The notes below the pieces were generated by a model. That model was not told where the DNA came from. It saw only the letters and a program-made list of their open reading frames with translations, and did not search any database. The position numbers were made by a program, and so were the translations under genes. DNA of 63,140 nt, the filler included, from Olpidium bornovanus S191 (lineage: Eukaryota > Fungi > Olpidiomycota), in assembly GCA_017911155.1 (NCBI GenBank). It is 28 parts of 28 records of this genome, joined end to end, with 100 filler letters (N's around TTAATTAATTAA, not from the genome) between each part and the next. Parts side by side here need not be neighbours in the genome. Positions count along the whole stretch, not along the records: positions 35,988 to 39,487 come from JAEFCI010008598.1; positions 39,588 to 42,974 come from JAEFCI010009153.1; positions 43,075 to 44,228 come from JAEFCI010003208.1; positions 44,329 to 45,477 come from JAEFCI010010426.1; positions 45,578 to 48,011 come from JAEFCI010004311.1; 23 more parts are not named here. One strand, written 5' to 3'. Below, in pieces: positions 36,288 through 46,785 of this stretch (position 1 is the stretch's first letter; the number at the start of each line of letters is the position of its first letter).

Positions 36288-36616
36288 GGGGTGTCAAATC
36301 ACAGGTGATACGGCCGTCAAAGAATTGGTGATACGGAGGGTCAGCGATTGGTCGATAGGATCTATTGACCACGTTGATAGATCCTACCACCTAAGTGGTC
36401 GATAGGATCTATCACCGATAGGATCTATCACCGTATGATGGCAGCTTCTGGGACTCGGTGTTGTCTTTGGAAGTCCAAAGCTGGCCCAGCAAAGTAGGCC
36501 AGCAAGGTGGCCCAGCAGGCTTGCCCAGCCATCCCCCCCCGCGGCGGGGTAAGCAAAATTGAATGCCTTCCGTAACCCAGTCCAAAACCAAAACAAACCA
36601 AGAACCGTTAACTCTG
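36288..36616 (+). mobile_element. Dispersed repeat, copy B, with internal hairpin and direct repeats
   Basis: Starts GGGGTGTCAAAT. GGTGATACGG occurs twice (36304, 36327), a hairpin lies at 36350-36370, and GATAGGATCTATCACC occurs twice (36401-36432). Homologous to 30598-30856. Confidence 0.7.
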
Positions 36617-36829
36617 AACTGCAATGACACAACTGGCATGAACGTCGCTGGCAGTGACACGTGTCATGCTGACGGGCCAGGACCTCCCACGACACCAGAA
36701 TAAATGTCAGGAGGAGGCCCTAGCAGTGAAGAAGACCTTGGCGCTGCCGGCGGCACCATCTTCAACGGCAGCGACGCAGCCCAAGGCCTAACTGCCTAAG
36801 TCCCCGGGGAAGCCAGTGCAGATGACGAC

Positions 36830-37400
36830 GACGACGAAGCAGACGATACTAACAAAACGTCAAAAATCAAGTTCGCGAGGGAGCTCCACGATTTGGCTGG
36901 AAAACAATCAGAACCTCAAAACGATCAATGGTACGAGGGGCAAAACGCAGGTCAGCACCGGCAAGAATGTCCAGAAGGGAACTGGCTTCACCGAACTGGC
37001 GAAGCACGTGAATAAGCACGCGTTGAAAAGAATTCCGAACCTCGACGGAGGCAAGATGGCGGCAAGGTAGGTTGCTCGTGGTGTCTTCTCCTGCTGGCCT
37101 TTTTTTTTTTTTACCAATTTCGGGACCTCCAGGTACAAAACCTTCGTTAAGAAGTTTCGCGAAGCGCAGCAGACGGAGAACTCGACTGGGCTCGGCGCCG
37201 TGACGGACGAGCATCGTGCAAAGCGGCTTCACACTCCGGCAGCCATCTTGGATCACATTGTCCTTGTTACGAACGGGTGAAGGCGATTTTCGGCACCAAA
37301 CACAACATGCTGCCGCCTGCCACGGCCGAAGCTGGACGTGTTGACCGCGCTGTTTGTAAAGTGCGACGTCATGTCGCACCGCCAGAAACAGAGTCATCAG
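36830..37400 (+). pseudogene. Myb/SANT-like transposon-associated DNA-binding protein remnant (one intron, one -1 frameshift)
   Basis: WLENNQNL...GFTELAKHVN...MAAR, intron 37067-37132, YKTFVKKFREAQQTENSTGLG...ILDHI, frameshift near 37258, CPCYERVKAIFGTKHNMLP. This resembles the STG...CP.YERM.AIFG..N..P family I recall from rust and oomycete repeats. Confidence 0.6.
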
Positions 37401-38149
37401 GTGACGAAGGGCCAAGATTAGAATCGTTGATTGCGCCTGAGAATGGTGCCAGCAGCTTGATTCCTAATCCCGCCAGTATGATGGATGAGCGCGACGGCGA
37501 CAATCGCATTGATGGCACAGGTCCGGGTGACACTATCTCTGCCAATGACTTTCCTCGCGGCACTTCTTCATCCGAAATTCTTCTGGGCAACCATCATGTT
37601 GTAGTCGCTCCAGTTGGCGACGGATTCAAGGGATCTGGTTCGTTTCCCGTGCCTGTTGTTCGCAGGCGTAAGGTGCGACCGGGGGGACATTAGGAGCCCC
37701 CCCCAAAACCCCGCGGGGGTGTCCAGAAAAGGCCCTCTTACAAGGAGACACGGGCACGCCGCCCGCTGTGGGCAGGTTGCGAACCTTTCGTAGGCCGGCC
37801 GCGCCTCCAAATGCATATATCTTGCAAGCCTACACCAGGAAAACCAGCGGCTGGAGGGAACGCCCGCACATCATCAACCTGACGTCAACCTTGTCACGGC
37901 CACGTCTTTCTCTTTCTCTCTCTCGCTCTGTCGTTCTCTTCCTCCCTCGCTCGCTCTGCGTGCCGACGGGTGTGGTTTGTCAGGTCCACGGAGCTGCTGG
38001 GCTCTCTGGTAACCTGTTCGTTTCCTTGGTACTTCTGCGCGCGCGAGCTCCGTGCGCCGGTGACCTAGTGTCACCGTGCAACAAAGGGAAGCGCGAGCGC
38101 GTGTGTCGCCCATGTTGTCCGTCGCCACGGCGACGCGCTGCGTCTCTCT

Positions 38150-38179
38150 CTTTCTCTCGTCCTCTCTCTCTCTCTCTGT

Positions 38180-38212
<33 letters not shown>
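38150..38212. repeat. Interrupted (CT)n microsatellite
   Basis: CT runs separated by GTG. Confidence 0.9.
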
Positions 38213-39441
38213 CCCTCTTCTGTGGGTTTTTATTCCCAAACATTTTTTTGAGGATCGCAAGTCTCCTATGCTGCTTTTCATTCGCGACCGTCTTCAACAC
38301 TCTCGTGAGTTGACGGCAGCCACGCCGCCCTGCGCTCCCAACGGCGAGAGAGGAAGGACAACGCCACCCGTTGAGAGCTCCGAGCTTTCGACCTGCGCGT
38401 TGTGGGCTCCGCCCGCAGCAAAAGTTGATGCGAACCGTACGCAAGCAGAGGAGACGACAGGGCAGCAAACAGAAAAAAACAACTGCACGTGCGAATCCGT
38501 TTGCGAACTTGCATAATCTTGGTGATGTCTGGATGGGAAGTGCACCGGACGACATGGACTCCACGGCTATACCTTCTTTCCTGAAAAAGTTCCGGCACAA
38601 GCTTTTTATTTTGGCATTTGCCAGCGTACTTTTCTTTTGAGTGACAGAGGTTGCGGATGCGCGTGATTCCCATTATTCGTTGAACGGGCAATAAGTCTTG
38701 GGGTGTCAAACGGTTCCCTTGGGCAGGACGGTGAAGGCGAAGGGCCTTGGGGCGGACGGCGGCGGCGCGCCTTCCCGCCTTCCCGCCCTGCTGCCTTCCC
38801 CCATTCCCCCCTTCCCGCCTTCCGGCCTTAAACGTGCTTCCTCCTTTGTGGCCGGTGCGGGATTCAGGTTGCCTAGCAAAATTAAATCTCGTATCGTTTC
38901 CGGGTTCCTAGGCTGTGGTTGTTTCAAGTGCTCTTTCCAGTAAGTAGTGTCGCGCCAAGCTGGGAAAGAGAGCCAGTCTCGCAGAGGTCGAAGGACAACG
39001 CCAACGGGCGAGAGCCACCCGTTGAGAGCCCCGCTGTGGAAGGCCACGGCAATACGAAGAAGAGGGAGCCGCCCGTCAGTCAGCCAAGGAAGAAACGGTA
39101 TGTCGCCGAGGAGTGTGAAAACCCAAGCCAGTTTAAGGTTAGGAGGTTAAGCTTTACCAGTGATGAATCCGCCCCGTCCCCGTCGCGTGCCGAAAAGGAG
39201 GTGGTGAGCGGCGCCTTCTTCTGTTTGCGCACCTCGCCGAGCAGGTGCTGGCAGCCGCGCCGCTCGTCGACGTCAACCTAGGGCCTTCTCAAGATCATCC
39301 CGCCGAGTTGGACCGGGTCACCCTTGTAATGTATACGTCTAAATTGGGGTGGCGGCTTTGATCTGCCGCGTCAGTCGGCTTTCAATTTTTATTTTTATTT
39401 TCGTTTTTTTGTTAAAGTGCGTGTATGGGGGGGGGGGGGGG

Positions 39442-39475
<34 letters not shown>

Positions 39476-39609
39476 CGGGGGGGGGGGNNNNNNNNNNNNN
39501 NNNNNNNNNNNNNNNNNNNNNNNNNNNNNNNTTAATTAATTAANNNNNNNNNNNNNNNNNNNNNNNNNNNNNNNNNNNNNNNNNNNNAAAAAAAAAAAGA
39601 AAAGGAACC

Positions 39610-40653
39610 ATGCTCCGCGGCGCGCGCGGCGCGCCCCTGTTCCGCCCGCTTACCACTCTGCGGCCGCCCGCCGCGACGACGACGCCGTCGTCCGGCCCTG
39701 CCGCCTCCGCCGCCGTACCGCCTTGGGCCACCGCCACGCCAGCCGTCACCTCCCTCCCCGCCGGCACCACCGTGGTGGCCCGCCGGAACGTCAGGAAGGG
39801 CGTCGGCCCGTTCAGGGCGGGCCGCCCGGAGCCGGCCGAGGAGTCGGCGGAGGGGTCGGCGGGGGATTCGGCGGGGAAGCCGGAAGGAAAGCCGGCGCTC
39901 GACTTCGGCCGCCTCGACGACGTGGACCTGGACGCCGTGGACTTTGCGGCGGAGACGGAGCGCCCGCCGCCGCTGCTCGCTGCCGGATGGCGCGGCGCCG
40001 CCGCCGCCTCCGGGCTGGAGCGCCGCGCCTCCTCCTCCTCCTGGCTACACTCGGCCGCGCCCTCGGAGCAGCCGGCGGCCGGCGGGCCGTCGCCCCGCCC
40101 CGCGGCGGCTCCCGAGCCGCCGTTCCCCGCCCCGCCTGTGGCGCCCCTCCACTCCGACCCTTTCCCGCCGGAGGTCGTTCGAAGCCTCCTCGCGCCGGTG
40201 GCGGAGGCGGACGTGCTCTTGAAACCGCGGCCCGGGGGGGGGCCGCCCGTGCCCTACCTCTCGCACGTCTTCTACCGCCGCCTTCTCAACCGCGTCTTCG
40301 GCCCGGGCGCATGGGCGCTGCTCCCGGCCGGGGGCCCCGTCGAGCGCGCCGGCGTCGTGTCGCGGGAGTTCGCCCTCTTCGTCAAAGGCAAACTCGTCAG
40401 CCAGGCCCTGGGCGAACACGACCGCCGCGGCGACGGCGAGCCCGTCGAGGAGGAGATGACCTTCGAGACCGCCGTCGAGGCGGCGAAGAGCAGGGCCCTC
40501 CGCCGCTGCTGCAAGGACCTCGGCGTCGGCCTTGAGCTGTGGGACAAAGAAGGCTGGGTCGCCGGCTGGCAGGCCCGACAGATGCTGCTCAACAGCAGCC
40601 AGGTCGTTTCGCTGCCCGGCGAGTCCACCAATGCCGCGCCGTTTTCTCTCTGA
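39610..40653 (+). CDS. MGM101: Mitochondrial genome maintenance protein MGM101-like (Rad52 family), divergent
   Basis: Arg-rich, acid-free N-terminus resembling a presequence. Core YRRLLNRVFGPGAWAL, VSREFALFVKGKLVSQALGE, AKSRALRRCCKDLGVGLELWD. Confidence 0.85.
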   Translation: MLRGARGAPLFRPLTTLRPPAATTTPSSGPAASAAVPPWATATPAVTSLPAGTTVVARRNVRKGVGPFRAGRPEPAEESAEGSAGDSAGKPEGKPALDFGRLDDVDLDAVDFAAETERPPPLLAAGWRGAAAASGLERRASSSSWLHSAAPSEQPAAGGPSPRPAAAPEPPFPAPPVAPLHSDPFPPEVVRSLLAPVAEADVLLKPRPGGGPPVPYLSHVFYRRLLNRVFGPGAWALLPAGGPVERAGVVSREFALFVKGKLVSQALGEHDRRGDGEPVEEEMTFETAVEAAKSRALRRCCKDLGVGLELWDKEGWVAGWQARQMLLNSSQVVSLPGESTNAAPFSL

Positions 40654-41497
40654 GCCGACTCCAAACTTTTCCATTCCCTTTCCCCCCCGCTCTCCCCCTC
40701 TCCCCGGGGGCCGTTTGGTTTTTGCGTTTTTTTTTTTTCTATATCCTCCCCCTTCCTCCCTCAAGCTACGCGGCCGTCGTCGGTGCGGGACGGATCCCAC
40801 GCGAGTTTTTAAACACACATTTTTTCTTTCTTTTGTTATCGCCGCTTCAAAAAGTAGTCGGCCCACGCCCTCCGCTCCCGCCGCCGTTCTTCGCCGCGTC
40901 CAACGGCCAACCCCATTATTCCACACGCCATGCGCAGCAGCGCTCGCCCGCATTTTTGGGCTGTTTTTTTTGTTGTTCTGCCCGCCGGCATTTCTGGCCT
41001 TCCATTTTTTTGGTTTTATTTTTTTCGAGCGGAAAGGGATGGGATTCGCCGTCGCTCTCGCAAGCTTCCGCGCGTGTACGCGCGCTCCACCTCCGCCGTC
41101 TGCGGAAAGCTCCTCCCGGGCCTGGTCCTCTGCAGCTGTCATGTAAAAAGCTTTCGTATTGTTACGTAAAGCTACATATCTACATAGCAAGGCGGGATCT
41201 CGGGTAGATAGACCGAGTAATAGACATTCGCAGAAGAGACGGGAATGTCCCTCTGTCTAGATTTGTGCGGGGGAGAGGGAAAGACAAGATGGAGTTCTAT
41301 GTAATATAAATTATCTTCGCGGCGCCAAGCGGGGTCACCGGGTGGGAAAGTGCTTCCGCCGCCGTTCGGCCGGCCGCCGTGATTAGATTAACGAAATAAG
41401 TAGTGTTTTTTTTGTCCAGAACGGCCGTGGGTACGATTGGTGCTGAGAGGTGGGCGGTGGGGGGGATTAAGTTGGGTTGGAGGTGGGTGATGAGGTT

Positions 41498-42974
41498 TCA
41501 GCGTGCGGCCAGGATGGAAGTGGGTTGGCTCGCGGCGGAACTAGAAGTCGTGCTGCGGGTGGCGGCGCAGAGGACGGCCTTGGTGAGGCCGCGGCAGTCT
41601 TCGGGCTCGAACAGCTGGTCCGAGCTGACGGCGAAGCAGGGGGGTGGGGCGTTGAGGTCGGCGGACTCGGGCTGGATCCAGGCATCGGGGACGCCGCAGC
41701 GGCCGAGCAAGCCGACCGCGTCGACCACCTCGCGCGTCCTGCGCAGGCGGGCCAAGCCGAGCCCGAGGGCGCCGCAGGCGTCAGCCGCCTCCGTGTGCCC
41801 CAGCGGCGGGGCCGTCACCAGCGTCAGGTACGAGCTGCCCCTCGAGCACGTCGCGGTCGGAGAAACGGAGGCGCTGGGGGGGCCGGCGGTGGTGGTGGTG
41901 ATGGTGATGGCGGTCTCCGGGCCGGCCGTCGTGATCTCGGTGACGGTGGTCGGGCCGGCGGACGCCTCGCTGGTCTCCTGCGGACCGACCGTCGTGGTCT
42001 CGGTGACGGTGGCCGGGCCGGCGGACTCCTCGCTGGTCTCCTGCGGCCCGACCGTCGTGGTCTCGGTGACGGTGGCCGGGCCGGCGGACGCCTCGCTGGT
42101 TGCCGCGACCGTCCCGCTGCCGTCCACCGGGGGGCCGCCGGCCTCGGAAAAAATCGTCGCCGTCACCGTCTCGGTGGCCGCCGCCCCCTCGGCGGAGCTG
42201 CTGGCGGGCGCCGTGGCGGTCTCCGCGGTTTGGTCCGTCGCCTCGCCGGAACCGTTCGCTGTCGCAACCGCCGTTTCCGTGACGGTGACCGGCTCTCCGC
42301 CGGACGGGGATGGCTCCTCCGGCGCGGTCGTCTCGACTACGGCGGGCCCTTCTTCGGACGCGCTGGCGGTGGTGTCGGTGCTCCCGTCGCCGCTGCTGGT
42401 CGACTCTTCCGCCGGGGGAACAACGGTGGTCTCGGTGACCGTCGGAGCTTCCTCGCTGCTGGTCGGCGTTTCCGGCGCAGGGACCACGGCGGTCTCGGTG
42501 ACTGTCACGGCTTCCTCGCTGCTGATGGTCGGCTCAACCGGCGCAGGGATCACAACGGTTACCGTCACCGGTTCTTCGCTGGTCGACTGTTCCGGCGCGG
42601 GAACCACGCGCGTCTCGGTGACCGTCACAGCTTCCTCGCTGCTGGCCGGTGTTTCCGGCGCAGGGACCACGGTGGTCTCGATGACCGTCACAGCTTCCTC
42701 GCTGCTGCTTGTCGGCTCTTCCGGCGCAGGAATCACGCGGGTTTCGGTTACCGTCACCGGTTCTTCGCTGGTCGACTGTTCCGGCGCAGGAATCACGCGG
42801 GTCTCGGTGACCGTCACAGCTTCCTCGCTGGTCGACTCCTCCGGCGCAGGAATCACGCGGGTCTCGGTGACCGTCACAGCTTCCTCGCTGCTGCCGGTCG
42901 ACTCTTCCGGGGCAGGAATCAAAGTGACCGTAACGGCTTCCTCGCTCGTCGACTCCTCCGGCGCAGGGAACACG
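41498..42974 (-). CDS. Mucin-like Thr/Glu/Val/Pro repeat protein with a C-terminal 6-Cys C-type-lectin-like domain; 5'-truncated
   Basis: At least 8 copies of a 19-22 aa unit (EEAVTVTETRVIPAPEESTS), then a Cys domain at 41567-41848. Confidence 0.85.
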
Positions 42975-43074
42975 NNNNNNNNNNNNNNNNNNNNNNNNNN
43001 NNNNNNNNNNNNNNNNNNTTAATTAATTAANNNNNNNNNNNNNNNNNNNNNNNNNNNNNNNNNNNNNNNNNNNN

Positions 43075-43112
<38 letters not shown>

Positions 43113-43654
43113 ACCCCCCCCCCCCCCCCCCCCCCCCCCCGCCCAACACCGGTTTCCAAAAAGATCCAGGTCGAGAGGCTTCAGGCCCTTGGTCGACAAT
43201 CACCTCGCCGCCCGCGACACCACGCCGCAGACCTGCAGTACGGTGATGTCGCAGGTGGTGACCGCGGCCAGAGCCGCGTTGATCGCGAGATTTGGGCGCC
43301 CGACCTCCTGCAGCGCGTGAATGTCGCCGGCGGCGAACACTGCCAGAACCGCTTCGAAAACTGGGCGCAGAAAACTAAGAAGGACAAGCATCTTGCCAAA
43401 AGCGGCAAAGACCTCCTTAATCAAATGCTTGGTCTGAAATCAACAACGAAAAGCGGCGGGGACGTCGTGGGCGGCGTCGAGCACGGCGCGACGCAGTGGC
43501 GAGTAAGTTCCGCGCGTTTCTTTTCCGCTCGACGCGTCGCCTGTCCGGCGATGCTGGCCCGGGGCCTGCCAAACCATCTTTAACAACCCCGTCGGTCCTG
43601 GAGGCGGCGGCTGCTGACGCCATGATTTCTGACATCGTTCCGGATGACGAGAAC

Positions 43655-43860
43655 ACGTGCCACACTCAGCAAGCTTCCGCGTCTTCGCATCCCAGTGTGT
43701 CATGCCCGCACTGGGGCAAGCGCCGTCGCGCGCCGTACTCAGCAAGTCTTCGTTTTGCGTCTTAATGGGCCTCCTGCCCGTGCTGTGACAGGCGCCATCG
43801 AGAATACGCGCCGTACTCAGCAAACTTCCGTTTCGCGCCCCAATGCGCCTTCAGCGGCCA
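43655..43860. repeat. Three diverged copies (period about 72-78 bp) centred on ACTCAGCAA
   Basis: CACACTCAGCAAGCTTCC (~43664), GCGCCGTACTCAGCAAGTCTTC (~43732) and GCGCCGTACTCAGCAAACTTCC (~43808). Confidence 0.6.
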
Positions 43861-44328
43861 ACGGCGGAACTGTCGGCAGCACCGACGCCGACAACGTTGA
43901 CCAGGCGTCCTTTCCAACCCCTCTCCTCCCCCCCCCCCTTTCCTTTTTTGAGGTTTGGGAACCCATGACGTATGCTCTTTGTGGCTTCAAATTTAAACAG
44001 AAAAAGGATGTAAGCGAGAATAAAGAAAGCAATAAATTACAGAATAGATAGGGCATGCCGTCGGTCAGGGATGTTCGGTCGCTGCTCCCGCGGCCACTGT
44101 GTTCTTGCATGCGGAAGACGGGATCAAAATATTACAATTGAACCGATGTTGACCATATTGATCGAATGCCACGAAAGATGTATATTCCCATAAAGTGTCA
44201 GGGTTATCCTGTTATTTTCCGTGAAAAANNNNNNNNNNNNNNNNNNNNNNNNNNNNNNNNNNNNNNNNNNNNTTAATTAATTAANNNNNNNNNNNNNNNN
44301 NNNNNNNNNNNNNNNNNNNNNNNNNNNN

Positions 44329-45057
44329 CATGGATTAAATCCACAGTGCAAACCGTGGCTATAGCGTCAAAACGCCTTCGCGGAAAGCAGTCGCCTAAAG
44401 TGAGACCCCCAAGGAACTGGGCGACATTGATGACATCGTCGGAACCTTTACACTTGTAAATTTCTTGGCTTCGCATTTGCCTTCAAAAATATCATCAGGT
44501 TTTTCGATGATGTCGACGGCCGTGGCGAAACCGCGTGGATTTGTCTTGCAAACTTGCTTGGCAGCGGCAAAACCGCAGATTCGATCTTGTTCGTCGGTGC
44601 TCTCGAGAACTTTGACTGTAACATTGAGATCGACGCCATCCAAAGTCGGTTCCGTGAAAACATTGATAAAATCCACAGTGCAAACCGTGGCTATAGCGTC
44701 AAAACGCCTTCGCGGAAAGCATTTGCCTAACGTGTGACCCCCAGGGAACTGGGCGACATTGTTGACGTCGTCGAAACCTTTAGACTTGCAAATTTGTTTG
44801 GCCGCGGCAAGGCCGCAGGCGTCGAGGAGTTCGTCTTCGGGTTCAACGTTCATTCCGACAGCTGGGGAATCGTCACCAAAATCGAGGTTGACGCTTTCGT
44901 CGGCCATCGCGTTGACCGGTTGTCGGAGGATTCTGAGTTTTTCCTGAGGGCACTCCGGCGGGAGATTGACAATCTGCGCGGAAGTAACCTGAAGGGCAGC
45001 GAAGGCAGCCAGAGACGCGGCGACCAGCGCGGCGCGGAAGCTCATTTTGCCAGGCAT
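44329..45057 (-). CDS. Secreted protein with tandem Cys-rich modules; the third module is frameshifted; 3'-truncated
   Basis: Signal peptide MSFRAALVAASLAAFAALQVTSA|QIV. Modules of the form CGxAAAKQxCK...GKC. The DNA at 44329-44470 repeats 44661-44803. Confidence 0.75.
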
Positions 45058-45375
45058 TATGAGGGATGCGAAAGAGTTAAGGGGGGATGTAATCAGTGAA
45101 GGGATGCGAAGAACCGAGTGCAACCGAAGTGTTCGATGCGATATGTGGAATTGCTGCGTGAAGCAAAGTGTTCGAAAAGTTTTGCGGGCGGGGGGGGGGG
45201 GGGGGGGGGGCCGGGACCCATGCAGAATTTCCGACTAGCACGCGGGCGGGGTCCGGGCGGGGCAGATGGCCCAATCCGGAATTTCCAAACAGCACGCGGG
45301 CGGCCTAACGGGATTTCACACAACACGCCGGTGGAATCCGGGCCGCTGATGGTGGTGCCCGCGTTTAAGAGCAAG

Positions 45376-45408
<33 letters not shown>

Positions 45409-45577
45409 ACACCCCCCCCCCCCCCCCCCCCACCACTCCCCCCCCCCCCCCCCCCCCCTCCCCCTCCTCCCCCGCCCNNNNNNNNNNNNNNNNNNNNNNN
45501 NNNNNNNNNNNNNNNNNNNNNTTAATTAATTAANNNNNNNNNNNNNNNNNNNNNNNNNNNNNNNNNNNNNNNNNNNN

Positions 45578-46785
45578 CTCCATGAAGTAAAACTGCCCGT
45601 GTCGGCAAACGTAGTTTCAAATGGGACACCGGGCGATGGCCAGGCGCGTTTCGTCAGAAACTTCTGAACGCGGGAGGAACGGTGGTCGCCGTGCCCGAAA
45701 GATAAGGTTTAACAGGAGCCGGTCGCGACCTACAGATCCGAACACGGAGTCCCAAGTCGCGCGGTAGACCCCTCCAATCAGAGAATGCCCCGCGCGCAGC
45801 ACTCGAATATCTCTCGAGCTCGCCTCGTCGACGACCGAGAGGAAACCGGTATTCGACTCGACGTGGTCCACTACGGTGAAGTGTCCCGATGGGGTGACGT
45901 ACGGCGCCTGTCAAGTCGCGGAAACCGCGAGGAGAGACGCCGGGAGTTGTTTGACCGCTGAAAGCGTGAAGCCCGTTTGGTCCAGCGGCGGACTGTTCGT
46001 ACCGTACGAGGAGAGCACCCGGCGTGAAACGACGAGCTCAGCAGGTATGCTACGAACAGCAGGGCAGCCAGCGTTGCGACTTGAGTGGGCTGCAGCCGTC
46101 CGCAGAACACGACCGTGGTGCTGATAACTGTTGCGATGCCGATCGTACCGCCGCACGCCGGTATCGAAGGGGCAATATTGGCCAGAAAATTTTCGGCGCC
46201 CGCCCTCGCTAATGCGTATGTGACAAGAGCATAGCATGCGAGAACAGCTCCTGCCCGGAGCGGCGATCTCGTTTCAGAAGTCACCTTTGCCGCGATCCAA
46301 CCGAAGGTGGCGAACACGGGGTACACTCCCAGGAGGTAAGCGGCGTGCGGACCCCACTGCGGTCCGAGTAGGCCGCTGAAAGGGAACGTGGCCGACAGGA
46401 GGAACGGAGATGCGGCCAGAAGGCTGGAGGACGCGGCAAGAGCGCTGACCACCTCCGGTCCTGCGCTTCGTGCTGCCGTCGGCCGTTGAAGACTTGCGCC
46501 TGCAAAACCGCCTAGGACCACGGTGGCTGCGCACGCCTCTGCAAAGTGGCGCTTGCTGATCACGTTCCCGTACAGCGGCTCGATCAAGCGAGACGCGAAC
46601 GACGCGATCGGTGCGATGGATAGGGTCGCGACGATGACAAGCAGCGCGAGTTGACCGCGAGTCGGGTTCTTGCCGGAGCGCGCCGTAGCGCGCCCCTTTG
46701 GCTCCTCCTCCACCTCCCGCCCTTTACTATCGCCTCCAGGCCCTTCCCGCCGTCGCAAACGCTCCGCGGCCTCCGAGGCTTTCAT
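45578..46785 (-). CDS. Membrane-anchored spermidine/spermine-synthase-like SAM-dependent methyltransferase, N-terminal part
   Basis: TM region with LIEPLYGNV and LLGPQWGPH, then VESNTGFLSVVDE...IRVLRAGHSLIGG...DSVFGS, intron, FYFME. This matches the fungal TM + aminopropyltransferase-like family as I recall it. Confidence 0.75.

Noticed and set aside
38699-38711. Second TGGGGTGTCAAA matching the start of the dispersed repeat
   Set aside because: It is in direct rather than inverted orientation and homology stops after 12 nt, so it cannot be the partner TIR.
39723-43030. Long overlapping or antisense ORFs (for example 39723-40535, 40045-41190, 41403-43022, 41477-43030; also 60189-61412 and 53358-54203)
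   Set aside because: These are shadow ORFs from high GC and codon bias opposite or out of frame with real genes. They are Arg/Gly/Ala-rich with no motifs.
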